Shown in pieces: positions 30,792-41,776 of a DNA stretch of 64,000 nt. The position numbers were made by a program, and so were the translations under genes. Numbering within the stretch: position 1 is the stretch's first letter; each line of letters begins with the position of its first letter. The notes beneath the pieces were generated by a model. It saw nothing but the letters and a program-made list of their open reading frames with translations, ran no database searches and was not told the origin of the DNA. The DNA is from an uncultured Acidobacteriota bacterium. GTDB taxonomy: Bacteria; Acidobacteriota; Terriglobia; UBA7540. The stretch is taken from assembly GCA_963804995.1 (NCBI GenBank), contig CAWDSK010000006.1, positions 1,280,001 to 1,344,000 on the forward strand, read 5' to 3'.

Positions 30792-31696
30792 AGAATTTGT
30801 TTCCCCAGTGCGGAGGCAGCAAGTCCCACGCCGAGAATTGCGGTTTTGTTCATAACGTCGACAATCGGATTGATCTCCACCAATTCAAAAGCGATCATCT
30901 TCTGACTGTCGGCGACCATTTCCATCGCCAGATGAGCTTCCCGGAACGTGATGCCTCCGCGGACAGGTGTGCCCACGCCCGGCGCTTCCTCAGGATCGAC
31001 AACGTCCATATCGAAGGATACCACGAACCCTGCGGTGCCTTGCGTGGCGAGCGCGATGGATTTGTCCATCACCGTGCGCATCCCCTGTTCGTCGATTTCA
31101 CGCATGGTGAAGACGTTGACGCCCAACGTCTTGACGATCCCACGCTCGCGAATGTCGAGGTCGCGGGCCCCCACCAGCACGCAATTCTCCGGCAGCATCT
31201 TGGGCGCGAACCCATAGATATGAGTCAGCGATTCCGGTCCATGACCCAGAGTGGCAGCGAATGGCATGCCATGCACGTTGCCGCTGGGGCTCAACTCCGG
31301 TGTGTTCATATCGGCGTGGGCGTCAATCCAAAGGCATCCCACGGATTGTTGGCGGTCACGAAAGAACTTGGCGACTCCGGCTTGGGTGCCGATCGCCACG
31401 GAGTGATCGCCCCCCAGCGAAAGGGGGAAGCAACCTGCCTCCAGCGTCTGGTAAATGTGGTGCGCGACTTCCTGACAGGTCTCGGCAATCTCCTTGAGGT
31501 ACTTGGCGCGCTGGTCACCGAAGTGTTGCTCCTCTGGCAGCCGGACGTGAATGTTGCCAGCGTCCTCCACCTGGTGCCCCAAACTTTTCAAGGCCTGATT
31601 CAGGCCCGCCGCGCGCACGGCGGAGGGGCCCATGTCCACGCCACGCCGCGCTTGGCCGAGGTCCAACGGGACACCGAGGATTCTGATTTTCAGCAT
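30788..31696 (-). CDS. rocF: Arginase
   Basis: [31 protein letters not shown]. Confidence 0.96.
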   Translation of the reverse strand: MLKIRILGVPLDLGQARRGVDMGPSAVRAAGLNQALKSLGHQVEDAGNIHVRLPEEQHFGDQRAKYLKEIAETCQEVAHHIYQTLEAGCFPLSLGGDHSVAIGTQAGVAKFFRDRQQSVGCLWIDAHADMNTPELSPSGNVHGMPFAATLGHGPESLTHIYGFAPKMLPENCVLVGARDLDIRERGIVKTLGVNVFTMREIDEQGMRTVMDKSIALATQGTAGFVVSFDMDVVDPEEAPGVGTPVRGGITFREAHLAMEMVADSQKMIAFELVEINPIVDVMNKTAILGVGLAASALGKQIL

Positions 31697-31704
31697 GCTG
31701 CCCT

Positions 31705-33009
31705 CTACGGCGTCAAGCGATACAACATGCGCGGGAAAGGAATAGTCTCGCGAACGTGTTCGAGCCCGCAAATCCAGGCCACCACGCGCTCGATGCCCAT
31801 GCCGAAGCCAGAATGGGGGACGGTGCCGTAGCGGCGCAGGTCGAGATACCATTCGAAAGCCTGTCGCGGCAGGTTGTGTTCCTTGAGGCGTTGCTCAAGC
31901 AGCGCGAGGTCGGCCAACCGCTCACCGCCGCCGATGATTTCGCCGTAGCCTTCGGGGGCGAGCATGTCGACGCACAGCGCCACTTCCGGGCGCGCAGGAT
32001 CGGGGGCCATGTAAAAGGCCTTGACCTTGCTGGGATAGCGGTGCACGAGGAGGGGTTTCTCAGCGGCCGTGGAGAGCAGCGTTTCATCCGTGCCGCCGAA
32101 GTCGCCGCCCCACTGGATTTCACTTCCCTTCGCTTGCAGATCCTTCACAGCGTCGTCGTAGCTGAGGCGCGGGAATGGGAGTTTGATTCTTTCCAGATTC
32201 TCGATCTTCCGTTCCAGCGTGGTAAGTTCCGGCCGGCGCTTTTCCAGAACACGCTCCACGACCGATGCCACCAATTGCTCCGCAAGCTCCATGGTGTCTT
32301 CGAGGTGGGCAAAGGCAACTTCCGGCTCAACCATCCAAAATTCCGTCAGGTGGCGGCGGGTTTTGGATTTCTCGGCGCGAAAGGTTGGCCCAAAGCAATA
32401 GGTTTTGCCCACTGCCATGGCAGCCGCTTCGTTATAGAGTTGCCCGGATTGGGTAAGATATGCCTTCTCCTCGAAATAGTTAACTTCGAAAAGCGTGGTT
32501 GTACCCTCGCAGGCGGCGGGCGTAAAGATAGGCGTATCAACCAAGGTGAAGCCGCGGTCGTCGAAGAAATCCCGCACTGCCTTGATGATCTCGTGACGGA
32601 CGCCCAGAATGGCCCGTTGACGCGTGGAACGCAGCCAGAGGTGGCGGTGGTCCATCAGGAATTCCACCCCATGCTCCTTGGGGGTGATGGGATAGGGCGT
32701 GTCTGTGGGAATGTGCTGCACGACCTCCACATTCGAGACATCCATTTCGAAGCCGCCGGGCGCCCGCTTGTCCGCCCGCACCTTGCCGGTGACGCGGAGT
32801 GAAGATTCCTGCGTCAGGCCGCGCAAGTTTTCAAATACCTCGGGCGGCACAGCGCTCTTCACCACCACGCCCTGGATGATTCCCGTGCCATCGCGGAAAA
32901 GCGGGAACAGTAACTTGCCGCTTTCGCGCAAGTTGTAGAGCCAGCCCTGTAGCGTTACTTCCTGGCCAGCGTGTTCTGCGACTCGGCGAATCTCAACGAC
33001 GGGTGGCAA
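31705..33009 (-). CDS. asnS: Asparagine--tRNA ligase
   Basis: [37 protein letters not shown]. Confidence 0.97.
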   Translation of the reverse strand: MPPVVEIRRVAEHAGQEVTLQGWLYNLRESGKLLFPLFRDGTGIIQGVVVKSAVPPEVFENLRGLTQESSLRVTGKVRADKRAPGGFEMDVSNVEVVQHIPTDTPYPITPKEHGVEFLMDHRHLWLRSTRQRAILGVRHEIIKAVRDFFDDRGFTLVDTPIFTPAACEGTTTLFEVNYFEEKAYLTQSGQLYNEAAAMAVGKTYCFGPTFRAEKSKTRRHLTEFWMVEPEVAFAHLEDTMELAEQLVASVVERVLEKRRPELTTLERKIENLERIKLPFPRLSYDDAVKDLQAKGSEIQWGGDFGGTDETLLSTAAEKPLLVHRYPSKVKAFYMAPDPARPEVALCVDMLAPEGYGEIIGGGERLADLALLEQRLKEHNLPRQAFEWYLDLRRYGTVPHSGFGMGIERVVAWICGLEHVRETIPFPRMLYRLTP

Positions 33010-33013
33010 GGGT

Positions 33014-33844
33014 TCATTCCTCCTTAGGAAGGCTTTCCATGCGCTCCATGACTTCCGCCAGGCGCGGCAGGCCCGAAACCTCCGCCCCGTAATCGCGCAC
33101 TTCGAAAAGGACGGGGAATTGGCCCTCCCCGCTGCGGAGGTCGCGGACTGTCTGGGTCCAATCGATCTCGCCGTCGAAGGGCATCAAATGGTCATCCTTC
33201 TCGCGGCGATTGTCGTGCACATGGGTGGAAGCGATGTGCGTGCGAAGGGTCTCAAACGCGGGGTGCACGCCACCCGCCATATGAGCGTGGCCGGTATCAA
33301 AACAGATCTTCACGTTCAGGCGGCTGTACTGAAGGAACTCGACCAGCCGCTCAGGGGTCCCGAGTTCATTGGGCACATTCTCGAGCAGCAATTGCACACC
33401 GCGGTCCTTGGCCGCCACTTTCAGGTGCTCGAGGGAAGTCAGGACGGCGTCGAACTTACTCAAGTCGTAATCCTCCTCCGGCAATCCCATGTGTACGATG
33501 AGATAGCGGAAAGGCAGGAGGTCAGCGATGTTGAGGGAACGCTTGATTTCGTCCATGGAATCGACGCGCAGGCGGCGCTCGAGGTAAGCGAGGGAAACAG
33601 CCAGCCCACCCAGGCGTCCCCAGTCCGTGTCGCCGTAAAGCGGTGCGTGGACGGAATGCAGGCTCACCTCATGATCTTTGAACCACTGAGCCACGTCGCG
33701 CACGTGGTTGCGGTCCGTGTAGTCCAGGTGCTGGCGGGCCGCGAAAAGTTCCAGGGTTCGAATGCCCGTTCCCAGAATCTTATCCAGGATGTGTGAACTC
33801 AACCGCTCGTTGACATAAAGGTATGTGGAAAGTCCGTATTCCAT
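33014..33844 (-). CDS. Sugar phosphate isomerase/AP endonuclease 2-family TIM barrel
   Basis: LENV, FDTGHAH, HVHDN..DDHL. Confidence 0.9.
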   Translation of the reverse strand: MEYGLSTYLYVNERLSSHILDKILGTGIRTLELFAARQHLDYTDRNHVRDVAQWFKDHEVSLHSVHAPLYGDTDWGRLGGLAVSLAYLERRLRVDSMDEIKRSLNIADLLPFRYLIVHMGLPEEDYDLSKFDAVLTSLEHLKVAAKDRGVQLLLENVPNELGTPERLVEFLQYSRLNVKICFDTGHAHMAGGVHPAFETLRTHIASTHVHDNRREKDDHLMPFDGEIDWTQTVRDLRSGEGQFPVLFEVRDYGAEVSGLPRLAEVMERMESLPKEE

Positions 33845-35574
33845 CAGTAGCCGACCGCCTTTCCATCCGCACGGGGATCGGAAGCGCCCCATCGCCATCC
33901 GGACTCAGGATCAATCTCGATGGCCTCACAGTCGCCAATACTGTCGCGAAAACTGAGCGGATAGCCCGCCTGCTGCAGCTTTTCGAGCGTGTCAGAGGAA
34001 AAGCCTACGCGCTCCAGTGTCAAGCGGTCCGGCAGCCATTGATCGTGAAAGCGCGGCGAGGTCACAGCTTGAAGGATATCCATTTTATAGACAAGAACGT
34101 CGAGCAATACCTGCAAAACGGTATTGGTTATAGTACCACCGCCCGGCGAACCGAGCACCAGCCGCAACTTGCCGTCACGTGTCACGATGGTCGGGGTCAT
34201 GGAGGAGAGCGGACGTTTATGCGGGGCAATGGCATTGGCTTCGCCTTGCACCAGCCCGAAGGTGTTGGGCTGGCCGGGCTTGGCCGCAAAGTTGTCCATC
34301 TCGTTGTTCAGCAGGAAGCCCGCGTCCTCCACCGTCACCCCAGAGCCAAACCATCCGTTGAGCGTATAGGTGTTCGAGACGGCATTCCCCTCCGCGTCCA
34401 CTACGGAGAAATGCGTTGTCGCGCCGGATTCAAAGGCCTGGGGCTCACCGGGACGCACCGGCGCATCCGGACTCGACTGGAGAATCTCGTCACGCAGCTT
34501 AGCCGCATAGCGAGGCGAGGTAAGACCGGCGACCGGCACGGAGACGAAATCCGCGTCGCCAAAGTAGGTGGCACGGTCGGCATAACCACGGCGCATGGCT
34601 TCGACGATCAGGTGCATCGAGGCGTAGGAATTCGGTGTGCCCAGGTCAAGGGGATCGAGCACGTTAAGCATCTCGATGAGTATCGCCCCGCCGGCGCTGG
34701 GTGGCGGCACGCTCAGGATATCAAATCCCCGAAAGTGACCGACCAAAGGCGTACGCAATTTGGCTTCGTATTGCTCGAGGTCTTTACGCGAGATCAGGCC
34801 ATGCTCTTTCTCCATGGTGGCCAGAATCGCCTCAGCCACCGGGCCGCGGTAAAAACCCTGGGGACCGTGGGCAGCAATCTCCGCCAGCGTGCGCGCCAGC
34901 TCAGGCTGCGTGAAGGTTGCCCCCGGCTCGTAGAGATGACCGTTGTTAAGGAAGATGCGGCGCGATCCGTCGAACTTTTCGAGCAACCCACGCTCTGAGC
35001 GGAGCGCTTGCGCAAGTGAATAGCTGACCGGGAAACCTTCCTTCGCGAGACGCAGTGCCGGTTCGAGGACTCGCTGGAGACCCAGCTTGCCATAGGTCTT
35101 CTCGGCTAGTGCCAGGCCCATCACCGTTCCGGGGATACCTGCGGCGTGCGCACCCACGGTACTCAAGGCAGGAATGGGATTCCCCTCCGAGTCCTGGTAC
35201 ATGGTGCGTGAGGCCACTGCGGGCGCCCATTCACGGTAATCCACCACCCTGGCATGGCCGTCTGCCAGGCGGACCAGCATGAAGCCGCCGCCGCCCAGGT
35301 TCCCCGCCTGCGGGTAGGTCACAGCGAGGACAAACCCCACCGCCACAGCAGCATCCACGGCGTTCCCGCCTGCCTGCAGGATTTCCACCCCGGCCTGGGA
35401 AGCCAAGGGTTCGCTGGACGCAACCATGCCTTGTCGTGCGGCCACAGGACTGAGGGCGTAAGCCGGCATCCCCGCCAGCAGCAAAGCCCCCAAGAGCACA
35501 GACACAGATCGTGAGAGTTTAAGGGACACCAGTATCACCTGCTCGCGATGTGAAACTCCACCGCAGCGAGACAA
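33844..35574 (-). CDS. ggt: Gamma-glutamyltransferase
   Basis: GGNAVDAAVA, TTHFSVVD, NNEMDNF, PLSSMTP, GSPGG; start uncertain. Confidence 0.97.
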   Translation of the reverse strand: MSRCGGVSHREQVILVSLKLSRSVSVLLGALLLAGMPAYALSPVAARQGMVASSEPLASQAGVEILQAGGNAVDAAVAVGFVLAVTYPQAGNLGGGGFMLVRLADGHARVVDYREWAPAVASRTMYQDSEGNPIPALSTVGAHAAGIPGTVMGLALAEKTYGKLGLQRVLEPALRLAKEGFPVSYSLAQALRSERGLLEKFDGSRRIFLNNGHLYEPGATFTQPELARTLAEIAAHGPQGFYRGPVAEAILATMEKEHGLISRKDLEQYEAKLRTPLVGHFRGFDILSVPPPSAGGAILIEMLNVLDPLDLGTPNSYASMHLIVEAMRRGYADRATYFGDADFVSVPVAGLTSPRYAAKLRDEILQSSPDAPVRPGEPQAFESGATTHFSVVDAEGNAVSNTYTLNGWFGSGVTVEDAGFLLNNEMDNFAAKPGQPNTFGLVQGEANAIAPHKRPLSSMTPTIVTRDGKLRLVLGSPGGGTITNTVLQVLLDVLVYKMDILQAVTSPRFHDQWLPDRLTLERVGFSSDTLEKLQQAGYPLSFRDSIGDCEAIEIDPESGWRWGASDPRADGKAVGY

Positions 35575-35675
35575 GAAAACGGGTTAACCAAAGAAGCACT
35601 GTAGGGGAAAAGGCAGAGGGCGTCAAGGCGGCCGGAAGCCGGGTAGTGACGCATGTTGAGGTGCCACGGGCGTCC

Positions 35676-35804
35676 GAAGGTGTGAAGAAATAGTATTTTT
35701 ACCGCGGAGGCGCTGAGGCGCAGAGAAAAGGACCTTTATTTTCATTCCTCTGCGCCTCAGCGTCTCTGCGGTAAGAAGGTTTTAGACGATTTTTTCACAG
35801 CTTC
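35676..35804. mobile_element. 129-bp MITE inserted into a REP-like repeat
   Basis: Terminal IRs 14/16 (GAAGGTGTGAAGAAAT), TCC duplicated on both sides, host repeat intact at 26035-26108. Confidence 0.8.
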
Positions 35805-35950
35805 TCCCGCCCGTGTCCGGTCACGGCCAAGACCCCGATGGATCGGGGCAGGTAGGCCGTGGCACCTCAAAATGCACCACTACCGGAAGCCGGGGGCTTG
35901 GGTGAGGGGCCTCGGCAGGTTGCACCGCAGGGTCGTGCTAGAATGGGCGC

Positions 35951-36169
35951 GTGAAGACCTACACCCTTCCCGTCGTCATCGAACGGGAAGGGCGCAATTA
36001 CTACGCCTACTCGGACGACTATCCCACCGTGTACGGAATGGGCAGGTCGATACAAGAGGCTAAGGCTAGCTTGGTTTGGGCCCTGCAAATTCACCTCCGC
36101 CGGCATCGGGCCAAGCCTGAGCCCGGCCCCGGCGACGAGGACACCGTCACGGATGGGAATCCCGAATGA
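35951..36169 (+). CDS. HicB-like antitoxin (orphan)
   Basis: VVIEREGRNYYAYSDDYPTVYGMGRSIQEA; TG-n-TAGAAT ends 6 nt before the GTG. Confidence 0.75.
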   Translation: MKTYTLPVVIEREGRNYYAYSDDYPTVYGMGRSIQEAKASLVWALQIHLRRHRAKPEPGPGDEDTVTDGNPE

Positions 36170-36362
36170 AGGTCTACTTTGGCTTCACGAATAGGGGGTA
36201 GTGGGAAATTTTGAGATAGAGGCGGCGGCATTCATCCCGATCTGATCGGGACGCCACCAAATGGCGAGGTAAACTCGCCGCTACAACATCAAACCGTACC
36301 ACTACGCATTAGGGGGATCACTCGCCTCGAGACATCGAGACCTTCCGCACCACGAGTCTCCG

Positions 36363-36959
36363 ATGAGGACACTGATGGACTGGGAATTTCTTGAGCCACT
36401 CCGCGAAGATTGGTCACCGGTCTCGAAGCCCGTGCGTCTGGGCTGGCTGGCATTTTACGCCCTCTTTCTTCTCTACGCGCTCAAGGACCGCAGCGGGTAC
36501 CTGCTGATTGATTACGTTTTCGTGCCCATCCATGAGGGCGGGCACCTGCTCTTCAGTTACTTTGGCCATACCCTGATGGTGGCCGGTGGAACGATCCTGC
36601 AGCTTGGTGTGCCGGTGCTCCTGGCCGTTTATTTTGCGTTTCAGCGCCAGCTTACCGGCGTAGCTTTCTCCTCCTTCTTCTTTTTTGAGAACTTCCTGAA
36701 CGTCGCCACCTACATGGCAGATTCGCGCCGGATGGAATTGCAATACGTTACAGTCGGCGATCCGGATTTCGCCGAACACGATTGGTTGACGATGTTTTCG
36801 CAATGGGGCGTGTTGCAATACGACACCAAGATCGCCGCCTTTGTCCGGGCGCTGGGCTGGCTGGGCATGGTAGGAGTGCCCGTCTGGCTTTGGTGGATGA
36901 CGAGAGCCCCGGCTCGCCCTGCGGGTCCTCACTCCCTTCGACCCTATTCGCGAGTCTGA
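36363..36959 (+). CDS. Membrane protein with HEXXH (M50-like)
   Basis: IHEGGHLLF, AGGT, HDW and several TMs. Confidence 0.75.
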   Translation: MRTLMDWEFLEPLREDWSPVSKPVRLGWLAFYALFLLYALKDRSGYLLIDYVFVPIHEGGHLLFSYFGHTLMVAGGTILQLGVPVLLAVYFAFQRQLTGVAFSSFFFFENFLNVATYMADSRRMELQYVTVGDPDFAEHDWLTMFSQWGVLQYDTKIAAFVRALGWLGMVGVPVWLWWMTRAPARPAGPHSLRPYSRV

Positions 36960-37058
36960 AGGGCCACTGGATTCGCCGCCCGCGAAGGCTGTAGCGCGTG
37001 GCCCCCACAACGGGTTATCATGCCGGCTTGACACACTCAGCTTCGGGAGTCGTTCATT

Positions 37059-37754
37059 ATGAGACCTGCCGTTGTGGCATTTGACGCCTATGGCACACTC
37101 TTCGACGTGCATTCCCCCGTCCGAAATTACCTCTCGAAGTTGGGGCGCACTTCGGCGGGCTTTTCGCAACTGTGGCGGACCAAGCAGTTGGAGTACACGT
37201 GGTTGCGCAGTCTGATGCAGACCCACGCGGATTTCTGGCAGGTGACCCGCGAGGCCTTGGAATATGCCTGCGACGTGTTCGAGGTACGGGACTCGAAGCT
37301 ACAACAGGCTCTGCTGGATGCGTATCTGCATCTGGAATGCTATGCGGATGTCAAAGTCACGCTGGCGGCTCTTCGCCAGAGAAGAATCCGGTGTGTCATT
37401 CTTTCCAATGGAACTCCGGAAATGCTGGCGGCTGCGGTGGAGAGTGCAGGATTGGCCGGAGACATTGAAAGAGTGATATCGGTGGAAGATGTGCAGACCT
37501 TCAAGCCTGTCCCTGCCGTATATCAGTTGATCGAAGAACACCTGGGAGTTGAGCGCGAGAAGATTTGCTTCGTCTCCTCGAATTCGTTTGACGTGATCGG
37601 GGCGGGGCGATTTGGCTTGCGAGTCGTTTGGGTGAATCGGACTCGGCAAAAACGCGAGCGTTTGCCCTATGATGTGGAGCATGAAATTAGGACCTTGGCA
37701 GAACTGCCGGGTTTCCTGGATATGGGCGGCGCTTATAAACCGGGACGGGACTAG
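37059..37754 (+). CDS. Haloacid dehalogenase type II
   Basis: FDAYGTLFD, WRTKQLEY, LSNG, FKP, VSSN. Confidence 0.93.
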   Translation: MRPAVVAFDAYGTLFDVHSPVRNYLSKLGRTSAGFSQLWRTKQLEYTWLRSLMQTHADFWQVTREALEYACDVFEVRDSKLQQALLDAYLHLECYADVKVTLAALRQRRIRCVILSNGTPEMLAAAVESAGLAGDIERVISVEDVQTFKPVPAVYQLIEEHLGVEREKICFVSSNSFDVIGAGRFGLRVVWVNRTRQKRERLPYDVEHEIRTLAELPGFLDMGGAYKPGRD

Positions 37755-38142
37755 CGCTGCTCACGTGTATCGCGGGAATGCTGTCCCCCTCACCCGGCCG
37801 GCAGTTTCAGATCGAAATCATGCTGGTTTCCTTTTCCCCTTCGTCCGCCCAACCGACTGTTGAGCACCAGGGGGAACGGCCCCCGGTAGCCACAGCAAAA
37901 TGTTCACTAAAAGAACAGGAAACTACAACCTTGTAATGCAGGGCCCGCGGTCGTGGTTCCGCCAATCGTGATAGAGGTCGGCGCTACTCAGGCTGGGGTC
38001 CCGGAACCCCGAAACCAATCGCTCCAAAACTCACGTTGTGTGTTGTATACTACTGTCATCAGAAGTGTAAAAAAGGAAATCCCCGGATGAACTGCGTAGG
38101 CAGCATCCCACTGGGGTCGCAACCAGCTATGGGGGGTGTAAC

Positions 38143-38499
38143 GTGGGTTTAATGGAATCAAGGTTGTTCCGACTTCATCGCAAGTGCAAAACCATTGAAG
38201 AGATGAACGAGCAGGTTGACGATCTGCGCTACATCTTGAGGAGCGCTGTGCAGGACATTGCCGTGTTGATCAGCGCCATGCAGGAGAAGGGCGTGATGGA
38301 CAACGCGACTTACAAGCGGCTCCGGGTCGCCCAGATGCTCCGCGATCACTCCAGCTCAGGAACCTCACCGTGGAGATATCACTCGCTCTACCCCTACACC
38401 TTGGACGAGCAAAATTTTCTGCGTCAACGCTTCGGAGCAGGTGAAGCCGAGGTAAGAGAGTTCTCAGAGCGTGCCAAACGTTCCGAAACCATGCTTTGA
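38143..38499 (+). CDS. Hypothetical protein
   Basis: 118 aa ORF with protein-like composition in an otherwise empty interval. Confidence 0.5.
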   Translation: MGLMESRLFRLHRKCKTIEEMNEQVDDLRYILRSAVQDIAVLISAMQEKGVMDNATYKRLRVAQMLRDHSSSGTSPWRYHSLYPYTLDEQNFLRQRFGAGEAEVREFSERAKRSETML

Positions 38500-39030
38500 C
38501 GCGCGCCCCATCATTCCCAACGGGGGGCGCGGCACTCGGCGCGTGTCATTCCCTGCCCTTCAATTCGAGAAGGGTGATTTCTAACGATCAACATTAATAA
38601 TTGGCTGGCGCAGAGCGAGACCAGCTCTGCGATTCACGTCTCTACTCATGCCCGCCGATATTCCTATGATCCCGATCTATGGAACATGGTTCCGAATTTT
38701 TTGTCTGAACGATTCGTCCGTCTTGACCATGGACCGGTTGACTTGATCCGCACTAAATCGCAGAACTGAGCTCTTTCTGCGCCAGCCCGCCAGGGACGGA
38801 GGAGTGTCTGACAAAAGCGGATGGGAAGGCCGCAGTCAGCAGTTTCGGGACTCGCGATGGGGTAGACAGGGGCCTCTCCCGAGCCCCTGGATCCCGCCAA
38901 AGAAGAATAGTGCGCTGGAACCCCTCGAAGGGGTGTATAGTGCGGGGCTATTGGGAGTTAAAAGGGAAATTCCCGGTGAAATCAGCTTCGTACCTTCCTC
39001 TCCCTAATCTAGGCACCATTGGAGGACGAT

Positions 39031-41286
39031 ATGAAACCACGATGGAGCATCCCGCAGGAGGCACATAAGCAAGCCTATTCAGTTGCTCGCCTCCATTTGG
39101 CACGCTTTCGGAACAGGCCCAATTTCACGGGCGTAAGTATTCGTAATATTTATCCACTTTTAGATCATAAGGGAGAACAAGGAACATTCTTCGAAGTCGT
39201 TTTTTGTTCAGAAGGCCATAATAATCACGGATTTGCAATTATATCTATTTCTCGTGACTATCCACCCATCGGCGTTTTTTCTTTTGAAGGCATCGCACCT
39301 CGAGACTACTTCACCTCTCGGCTTGGCCACCGGAAATTCGATGTCGCGCTCTACGGGACGTTCTATCTAGTCGCAGAGGATGACAACGGCCGGCCCATCG
39401 CGACACTCGGCGATCGCCCTCCCGTTCTGTGCACCAAAGAACATATAAATTCAGAGCATCTGAAAGGCCTGAGCCCACACCAGATCTTCAAGAAATGCTA
39501 CGGCGTACATCACCGCGCCTTCCTCGAGCGAACAAAAGGGACTTTTGACGGCGCATGGAAGTTGGCGGATAGGGCGCGTCAAGGAGGCGAAAGTTCCGGG
39601 GAGCCGAGTGACTATCCTTCAACAGAAACGGACCTCCCACCGCACAACTATCAAGAAATCCTCGCAAAGCACTGGGAATCGATGCCTCACTACAGGCAGC
39701 TTGCCCCGAATGAAGGCGCCAATCGAGATCACGATTTTAGCTCCGGTTGCGGCGCGACGGCATGGATGAACCTAATCGGGTACTACGACAACACTATCAC
39801 CCCAGACTTCCTGCGAGGCAACTACGATGGCCTCTCAGGTGACGTGACCGGAGGCGCATCGGCCTACCAAGATAATGTACTGGTAGCCCTAAGTGAATAC
39901 ATTGGCGTTCACGCGGATGGGGATGAGGGTAAAGAAGACTGGGACGATATGGGCAAGGGCTTCGATTTCATCAAGACACGACTCCACCATGACTGTGAGG
40001 CGAATTTCAGTGGACCGGGTTTAAGCAAGGAGCAAATTCTCGAAACTGTTTACAGTTACCTGTGTTTGCCAGGGGTTCCTTCCATCGTGGCGCTTCCGGA
40101 CCACTACGTCGTTGCCTACGGGGTGATGATGAACCAAGACGATGCAAGTGACGGCGAGCTCTCAACCTCGGATCATTACCTCAGGGTTAACTGGGGAGCG
40201 GGTTCTTCCTCCCTCGGCGATGTTTTCATCCCCTACGATTTGGCGGACAAAGGGGTCTGGACTCTGAGCCGAATCGACACCTCATCAGAGATAACCGTTG
40301 AAGGAGAATTCTCACGGGTCCCTACTTTTGTGGACCTGGGGCATTCCCTGATGATGGGTTCGCGAAGCCAGCGTTACATCAACTTCCATCAGAGTCAGGA
40401 CGGTCGCTTCTTCAACTATAGATTCTGCATTGAATCTATCGGTACAAGTAATCCCTCGTTTGCGGTTGAACCAAGCAGGAAATACCTGTATGTGGCATGG
40501 TCGGACGGTGACGGATCACTGGGACTGGCAAAGATGGACATCCACGGTGCCTCGGCGGGTTCCTTGAAAATGCTGCAGGCACCGCCTGACCAAAGCGCAC
40601 ATAGTGGACCAGCCATCGCAGTTCAAAAAGGGAGGCTCTACTACGTCTGGGGTGGAAATATCGCCTCGATTCCGCTGGATTGGCTTGATCGGTATGCCGG
40701 CAATATTTGGCCGTCGGGTCCGGGCGAGACCCATGAAACAGAAGGTGGGCAGAGCGAATGGCGAATCTGGGACATCTACGGAAGTATCGGCTCTCCTGGG
40801 TCGTTTGACCAGCCGACGTTGGTAAGTCATTTCGACCGCCTGTATTTAGGCACATCTGGGGTTCTGGACAACCAGTTTGTAAGCATGGTGAGTCTCTTGG
40901 ACGATCACGGAAACGTGATGCTCAACAACTCTGGAATACCGGTAGAAACCAAGTGTGGTCATCATCTCTGCTCGTTTGGGGGGTCACTCTATGGCAGCAA
41001 TGATTCAACCGTTTTTGCGATTCAGTCTTACCCTGTGCCCAGGTTGGGACCACCCCCGAACCCATGGTTAAAATCAAATGCGTTTCTCTGGCCCTATGAC
41101 ATCCATGCAAAGAGTGTCATGCTTGGCAGCTTCGGAACAGTGAAGCTCCATGAAGTGCAACACGAGATGGTCAACATGGGTCCATGTCTATTTTCGAGTT
41201 GGCTGGACTCTAATCGAGTGGTCCACATTAGATATCACAGCGTAAACACTTGGCCCGCACTGGACATGACTGGTTGGATCTTGTAA
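39031..41286 (+). CDS. Papain-fold (C10 streptopain-like) cysteine protease with C-terminal beta-rich domain
   Basis: SGCGATAW, HYVVAYG, YLRVNWG; GGAGG RBS; lower GC. Confidence 0.7.
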   Translation: MKPRWSIPQEAHKQAYSVARLHLARFRNRPNFTGVSIRNIYPLLDHKGEQGTFFEVVFCSEGHNNHGFAIISISRDYPPIGVFSFEGIAPRDYFTSRLGHRKFDVALYGTFYLVAEDDNGRPIATLGDRPPVLCTKEHINSEHLKGLSPHQIFKKCYGVHHRAFLERTKGTFDGAWKLADRARQGGESSGEPSDYPSTETDLPPHNYQEILAKHWESMPHYRQLAPNEGANRDHDFSSGCGATAWMNLIGYYDNTITPDFLRGNYDGLSGDVTGGASAYQDNVLVALSEYIGVHADGDEGKEDWDDMGKGFDFIKTRLHHDCEANFSGPGLSKEQILETVYSYLCLPGVPSIVALPDHYVVAYGVMMNQDDASDGELSTSDHYLRVNWGAGSSSLGDVFIPYDLADKGVWTLSRIDTSSEITVEGEFSRVPTFVDLGHSLMMGSRSQRYINFHQSQDGRFFNYRFCIESIGTSNPSFAVEPSRKYLYVAWSDGDGSLGLAKMDIHGASAGSLKMLQAPPDQSAHSGPAIAVQKGRLYYVWGGNIASIPLDWLDRYAGNIWPSGPGETHETEGGQSEWRIWDIYGSIGSPGSFDQPTLVSHFDRLYLGTSGVLDNQFVSMVSLLDDHGNVMLNNSGIPVETKCGHHLCSFGGSLYGSNDSTVFAIQSYPVPRLGPPPNPWLKSNAFLWPYDIHAKSVMLGSFGTVKLHEVQHEMVNMGPCLFSSWLDSNRVVHIRYHSVNTWPALDMTGWIL

Positions 41287-41573
41287 GAGCGAGAGCAGTC
41301 CCATTTGGAGCCTTCTGAATTGGCTCTGATCTCGTCATCACCTGCTCCGTGCCTCATGCCTAACGTTCCCGCAGTTCCTCCTGCGGCAATTTCTGCATTC
41401 CCATCTACACCCTTCGGGGAAATTCCCTCTTACTACCTTTGAAGGCCGCATACATCCCGACCAAGAGCGCGGGACGTATGCGCCACCCGCGTATTCTATT
41501 GTCTGAACGATTTGTCCGTCTTGACCATGACCGGTAGTTCCTGGAACCATCGCGTGTGCCCCCACCGGCCGTT

Positions 41574-41637
41574 GTAGCGCGGGTGTCCCCACCCGCGTAT
41601 GCGCAAGAACCATCGCGGGTGGGGACACCCGCGCTAC
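41574..41637. repeat. GTAG-headed REP-like doublet
   Basis: gtagcgcgggtgtccccacccgcg ... cgcgggtggggacacccgcgctac. Confidence 0.85.
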
Positions 41638-41776
41638 AAAAGCCCTGCGCCAGCCGGCCGTCGGCGAGCAGGTTTATGTTGCAGACTTTCCTCGCCCCTG
41701 ATACAAAATGCCGGGCAGGTCAGGGTCATTTCCGTTCGCGGACACAAGCCACATCCACGTTGACGAAAGGAGTTCT

